A stretch of DNA of 64,000 nucleotides from Desulfomonilia bacterium. GTDB taxonomy: Bacteria > Desulfobacterota > Desulfomonilia > UBA1062. The DNA lies in contig DATCTV010000054.1 in NCBI GenBank assembly GCA_036567785.1, forward strand, positions 18,408 through 82,407. The letters run 5' to 3'. How positions within the stretch are numbered: the stretch's first letter is position 1; every line of letters begins with the position of its first letter. This document shows, piece by piece, positions 60,005 through 64,000 of this stretch. The notes beneath the pieces are model-generated. The model worked only from the letters and a program-made list of their open reading frames with translations. It had not been told where the DNA came from and searched no databases. A program made the translations under genes and the position numbers.

Positions 60005-60853
60005 ATGCCCAGCCTTTTTAATGAACCCGTAAATGAAATAATCAGACGACGCTGCTCATGGAGGAGCTACACCGGTGATCCTGTAAAAGAAGACATCCTC
60101 GCGCAGCTTGATTCATTCATAAAGGGCCTTTCTTCCCCGCCGTCAGGTTCAAAGACCAGGTTTGAAATAATCACATCACCTGACAAAAAGGAAGGCATTA
60201 AAGGTACATACGGGGTTGTCAGGGGTGCCGTAACATTCATTGCAGGTGCGGTGAACGACAACCCAAGGGCTATGGAGGACTTCGGCTATCAGTTTGAAAA
60301 GATAATCCTTTTCGCGACATCTCTTAACCTTGGCACCTGCTGGCTGGGAGGCTCCTTCAAAAGGACTGTATTTGCCGAGAAAATAGCCCTTGAAGAGGGC
60401 GAGATCATACCAGCCGTATCGCCGGTAGGCTATACTGCAGGCAGACGCACTATTATAGATAATGCCTTCAGATTTATGGCAGGTTCAAAGAAACGTAAAA
60501 CATTCAGCGAACTCTTTTTCATGAAATCTTTCGATGCTCCCTTGACGGAGGCCGCTGCCGGGAAATATGCAATTCCGCTCGAAATGGTCAGGCTCGGGCC
60601 TTCGGCCTCAAACAAGCAGCCCTGGCGGATGATAATAGACGGTGATGAGGTTCACCTCGTCCTCCAGAGGACTGAGAATTATGCAAAGATGCTGCCTATA
60701 GACATACAGAAGATCGATATGGGCATCGCGATGTGCCACTTTGAGTTAAGCGCGAAGGAATCAGGAATCGATGGACGATGGATAGAGGCGAATCCCGGCA
60801 TCATGCTCCCCGAACTTTCCGAATACAGCGCAACCTGGGTAGCGGAGGGCTAG
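60005..60853 (+). CDS. Nitroreductase family protein (two-domain)
   Basis: RRRCSWRSY, LGTCWLGG, RLGPSASNKQPWR, DMGIAMCHF. Confidence 0.88.
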   Translation: MPSLFNEPVNEIIRRRCSWRSYTGDPVKEDILAQLDSFIKGLSSPPSGSKTRFEIITSPDKKEGIKGTYGVVRGAVTFIAGAVNDNPRAMEDFGYQFEKIILFATSLNLGTCWLGGSFKRTVFAEKIALEEGEIIPAVSPVGYTAGRRTIIDNAFRFMAGSKKRKTFSELFFMKSFDAPLTEAAAGKYAIPLEMVRLGPSASNKQPWRMIIDGDEVHLVLQRTENYAKMLPIDIQKIDMGIAMCHFELSAKESGIDGRWIEANPGIMLPELSEYSATWVAEG

Positions 60854-61546
60854 GTGGAGATAATCTACGGATTTAATCCAATAGAAGAGGCGCTCAGGGC
60901 GCAGAAAAGAAAATTCTTTGAAATACTTGTTGCACGCGAAGGCCATGATAAAATCTCATCGCTTGCCAGAGGCGTTTCTTTAAGCACTGTCACCCGTCAT
61001 GAGCTTGACCGCATTACAGGTGTAAAGAACCACCAGGGAATAGCAGCCAGGGTATCCCCGTTCCGTTATGCAACCATTGAAGATGCGTCCGGACTCAATT
61101 TCGTTGTCCTTCTCGATTCGGTCGAAGACCCTCAGAACCTGGGCTCCATAATACGAACAGTTTATGCACTTGCAGGTGGGGCCGTCATAATTCCTGAAGA
61201 CAGGGCCGCATCGGTCACACCGGCCGTGGTCAAGGCCTCGGCAGGTGCAGCTGAAAAGGCTGTCGTGGCAAAGGTCGTCAATCTCCGTAACGCAATAAAA
61301 GGGCTCAAGAAAAACGGCTTCTGGCTGATAGGCCTTGATGCCCATGCAAAAGAGCCCTTATCCGGAATTCCCGATTTTAAGAAGGTTGCAGTCGTGCTGG
61401 GAGGAGAAGATTCTGGCATCAGACCCGTCATAGCAGGAGAACTCGACTTTCTTGCTCATATCCCGATGAAAGGCCTGTTCAATTCCCTTAATGTCTCTCA
61501 GTCAACGGCTATAGCGGTTTACGAACTTGCGGTGAGGAGAGGCTAG
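60854..61546 (+). CDS. rlmB: TrmH/SpoU family RNA methyltransferase, RlmB-like
   Basis: IYGFNPIEEAL, HQGI, VEDPQNLGSIIRT, KASAG, LGGE, IPMKG..NSLNVS. Confidence 0.88.
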   Translation: MEIIYGFNPIEEALRAQKRKFFEILVAREGHDKISSLARGVSLSTVTRHELDRITGVKNHQGIAARVSPFRYATIEDASGLNFVVLLDSVEDPQNLGSIIRTVYALAGGAVIIPEDRAASVTPAVVKASAGAAEKAVVAKVVNLRNAIKGLKKNGFWLIGLDAHAKEPLSGIPDFKKVAVVLGGEDSGIRPVIAGELDFLAHIPMKGLFNSLNVSQSTAIAVYELAVRRG

Positions 61547-63999
61547 GTCTTCTGAAGGTCCATTGAAACGACTTTCGTTACGCCGGGCACATCGAAAGTC
61601 ACGCCGTAGATGATATCCGCCATCTCCATGGTGTTCTTGTTGTGCGTAACGATCAGGAACTGGGAGTCTTTTGAGAATGTACGTATAAGTCGGTTGATGC
61701 GCTCAATGTTCGCATCGTCAAGGGGAGCATCCACTTCATCCAGTATACAGAAAGGCGACGGCCTCACCTTGAAGAGGGCGAAGATGAACGATATGGCCGT
61801 AAGCGCTTTTTCTCCTTCAGACAGGAGGCTCATGACCTTGAGCTTCTTGAAGGGGGGGCAGGCGTAGATATCGACACCTGCATCCATGCCGCCTTCCTGA
61901 AGGACGATGTCGGCCTGGCCGCCTCCGAACATTGTGGTGAATATCTCCTGGAAATTCGCCCTGACCTTGGCGAATGTCGATGCAAATTCCTTCTGGCTTT
62001 CCCTCTCGATGCTGCTGATGAGTTCTCTCAAACGTTCGCTTGCAAGCATGAGGTCCTGATACTGTGCATGAAAATCGTCATATCTGGCCTGCGTCTCGTC
62101 ATATGACTCTATTGAAGCGAAATTAATCTGCCCCAACACCTCAACCCTGCCCTGGAGTTTTGCAACCTCTTCCCTTGATGCCTCCATATCAAAATCTTCC
62201 GGTATAAGGGGCAGCGTCTCATCGCTGAATCTTCCCGTATAGCGTTCCATCATCATCCTTCCGGCGATTTCCTGCTCCTTTGCTTCGAGGACGAGCATGT
62301 TTCTCTTTTCTTCCAGCGAGGAAAGACCGGACTTGAGAGCCTGTTCGCGTTCGCTGATCTCTCCTGTCTCCTGGCAGAATTTCGTATATTCGGGCATGAC
62401 ATCTTCGAGTTCGAGCTCTTTTGTCCTGATGTCGGCCAGTGTGTTTATCACAACCTCCTCGGCATTTTCGAGCATGGATGTTATCTCTTTTTCCTTTATG
62501 GCGATTTCGGCAGCCCTCTGTCTGTCGGCTTCCATCTCCATCTGCCTTTTCCGGGACTGGAGAGTAAGCCCTTTTATCCTCTCGAGGGCTGAGGCCATAT
62601 CCACCCGTAGCCTGCCGAGCTTATCCATTACTGTATTTTTTTCTTCCTGAACCCTGCCGAGTATGCTCCCGGCTTCAAGCTTTTTTTCTTCGAGCCGCTT
62701 GAGTTTTTCCTTTAGTTCGGCAAGCAGATTCTCCGCACTCTCTTTTTCCTCCCGGGCCGCTCTGATTTCGTCTTTTACGCCTGAAGTCATATCATCCCAC
62801 GATTTTATGTCTTTAATAAAATCAAGGGTGCGGTTTTCATTAGTTTCTATTTTGTCAGACAGAGACTGCTTTGACATGATCTCGGACTGACGCTCTTTTT
62901 CGATATCGGACAGCTTCCCGCTCAGATTGATTATCTCCGCATTCAAAGCGGACAGCTGATCCCCTGAAGCGTATATGGTCTCCTTGTCTTTTTCCATTTC
63001 AATCTCAAGGTCGGCTTTAAGCTTGTTCTGTATCTCAATTTCGGCCCGGGCCTTTAACATTTCGGCATATTTGTCCTTTTCGGTATTGACCCTGATAACG
63101 CCGCTGGATTCAAGCACTATGCCGTCAGTGGTCAGGTAATCATGAGATCTGTGCCCCTTTTTCCAGAGCATGACTGCACTTTTGATATCCCTTACAATGT
63201 ATAATCTGCGGGTAACCGCCTCGGCAATGACTTCAAAACCCTTACGGGGATTAATGAATTTTCTGAGGCTCCCGAGGACGGATTCATCCGCCGGCATTTC
63301 TCCGGCTTCTTCATTACCGATATAAGGTTTTGAGGGGATGAATCCGGGTGAAGATGTTGTACTGTTCCCCGAAACCAGAAATTCATCATGGTCTTCAATA
63401 ATCATGTAATCAAGCATTTCTCCAAGGGCGCTTGCTGCATCCTCGAAACCCGCCTCGACCTTTATGGTATCGGCAACTCTCATCAGCTTTTTTCCGCCTG
63501 AATTGTCCGTTGCCTGTGGCGTAATTCCGGCAATTCGGCCAAGCATTTCTATCCTTGCATCCATTCCTGCATGAAGCTTTTCTTTTTCGGAAAGGGCCTT
63601 TCTTTTTTCTTCAATCTCATCCGAGATCAAATCTCTTTTTTTTGTTACTTTCAGTATTTCCTCATTGGCGGTCCTGATTTTATCTTCAAGTGCGTTAATC
63701 TTTACATCGTGCTTTAAGAGCATTTCTTTCTGCTCACTGATTACGGCTTTGAGTTCGATCAGATCCTCCCGCCTTTTGGATATTCCGGATGTCATGTCAT
63801 TAAGACGCTGATCAAGATAGCTTATTCTCTGATCAACCAACCTTGAAACTCCCAGTTTCTCAAAAAGCTCAGAACGGCTTTTGTCATATTCCGAAGAAAC
63901 AGCCGTCAGTTCGTCGGATAATTTTTCCTCCTTTTCCGTCAGTTGCTTGAGAGTGGATTCGATGGCCGCTTCTTCCAGTTGGAGCCTTGATTTTTCGTT
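61543..63999 (-). CDS. smc: Chromosome segregation protein Smc, 3' part (hinge, coiled coil, C-terminal head)
   Basis: Frame open to the window edge; GQINFASI, PSPFCILDEVDAPLDDAN, QFLIVTH, IYGVT; signature reads LSEGE. Confidence 0.92.
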   Translation of the reverse strand, partial: NEKSRLQLEEAAIESTLKQLTEKEEKLSDELTAVSSEYDKSRSELFEKLGVSRLVDQRISYLDQRLNDMTSGISKRREDLIELKAVISEQKEMLLKHDVKINALEDKIRTANEEILKVTKKRDLISDEIEEKRKALSEKEKLHAGMDARIEMLGRIAGITPQATDNSGGKKLMRVADTIKVEAGFEDAASALGEMLDYMIIEDHDEFLVSGNSTTSSPGFIPSKPYIGNEEAGEMPADESVLGSLRKFINPRKGFEVIAEAVTRRLYIVRDIKSAVMLWKKGHRSHDYLTTDGIVLESSGVIRVNTEKDKYAEMLKARAEIEIQNKLKADLEIEMEKDKETIYASGDQLSALNAEIINLSGKLSDIEKERQSEIMSKQSLSDKIETNENRTLDFIKDIKSWDDMTSGVKDEIRAAREEKESAENLLAELKEKLKRLEEKKLEAGSILGRVQEEKNTVMDKLGRLRVDMASALERIKGLTLQSRKRQMEMEADRQRAAEIAIKEKEITSMLENAEEVVINTLADIRTKELELEDVMPEYTKFCQETGEISEREQALKSGLSSLEEKRNMLVLEAKEQEIAGRMMMERYTGRFSDETLPLIPEDFDMEASREEVAKLQGRVEVLGQINFASIESYDETQARYDDFHAQYQDLMLASERLRELISSIERESQKEFASTFAKVRANFQEIFTTMFGGGQADIVLQEGGMDAGVDIYACPPFKKLKVMSLLSEGEKALTAISFIFALFKVRPSPFCILDEVDAPLDDANIERINRLIRTFSKDSQFLIVTHNKNTMEMADIIYGVTFDVPGVTKVVSMDLQKT

Positions 64000-64000
64000 T

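Noticed and set aside
1-64000. rRNA, tRNA, transposase, integrase and CRISPR-Cas features
   Set aside because: None recognised in any intergenic gap or ORF; short or divergent ncRNAs could have been missed without covariance-model searches.

Overview
Bacterial chromosomal window, probably from a Desulfobacterota/deltaproteobacterium-like organism (inferred from gene content and protein style, not from a search). Most of it is core genome: a peptide ABC transporter, cysK, map-hisG-hisI, moaA, a CsgG-COG3014-YcfL-LpoB envelope operon, a long argBDFGH-lipoprotein-lysA-dapA-dapB-FAH-folK-kinase-SLT-pgsA run, mltD, rpoH-hsp20, the rpmH-rnpA-yidD-yidC-jag-mnmE-rsmG block (no dnaA or mnmG beside it) and the 3' part of smc. 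An accessory-looking stretch at about 47.4-60.9 kb carries an orphan secreted protein, a GH38 mannosidase, an MFS transporter, an NlpC/P60 protein, a GlpD-like oxidoreductase, HAD and alpha/beta hydrolases, SRAP/YedK, VapBC, a 9-bp-unit inverted-repeat element and a PIF1 helicase-WYL fusion. The best candidate for an undescribed system is the SRAP + VapBC + repeat element + PIF1-WYL cluster (56.6-60.0 kb). Other notable signals: apparent pseudo-enzymes (FlhG/MinD paralogue with both Walker A lysines lost; NlpC/P60 with Cys->Ser), an Smc with altered signature and hinge motifs, an mnmE that seems to need an ATA/ACG start, an EndoQ with a C-terminal beta-clamp motif, and a sigma54 promoter upstream of a LamG-TSP3 lipoprotein. 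I saw no rRNA, tRNA, CRISPR array, transposase or integrase. All family calls come from motif recognition by eye; no database searches were run.
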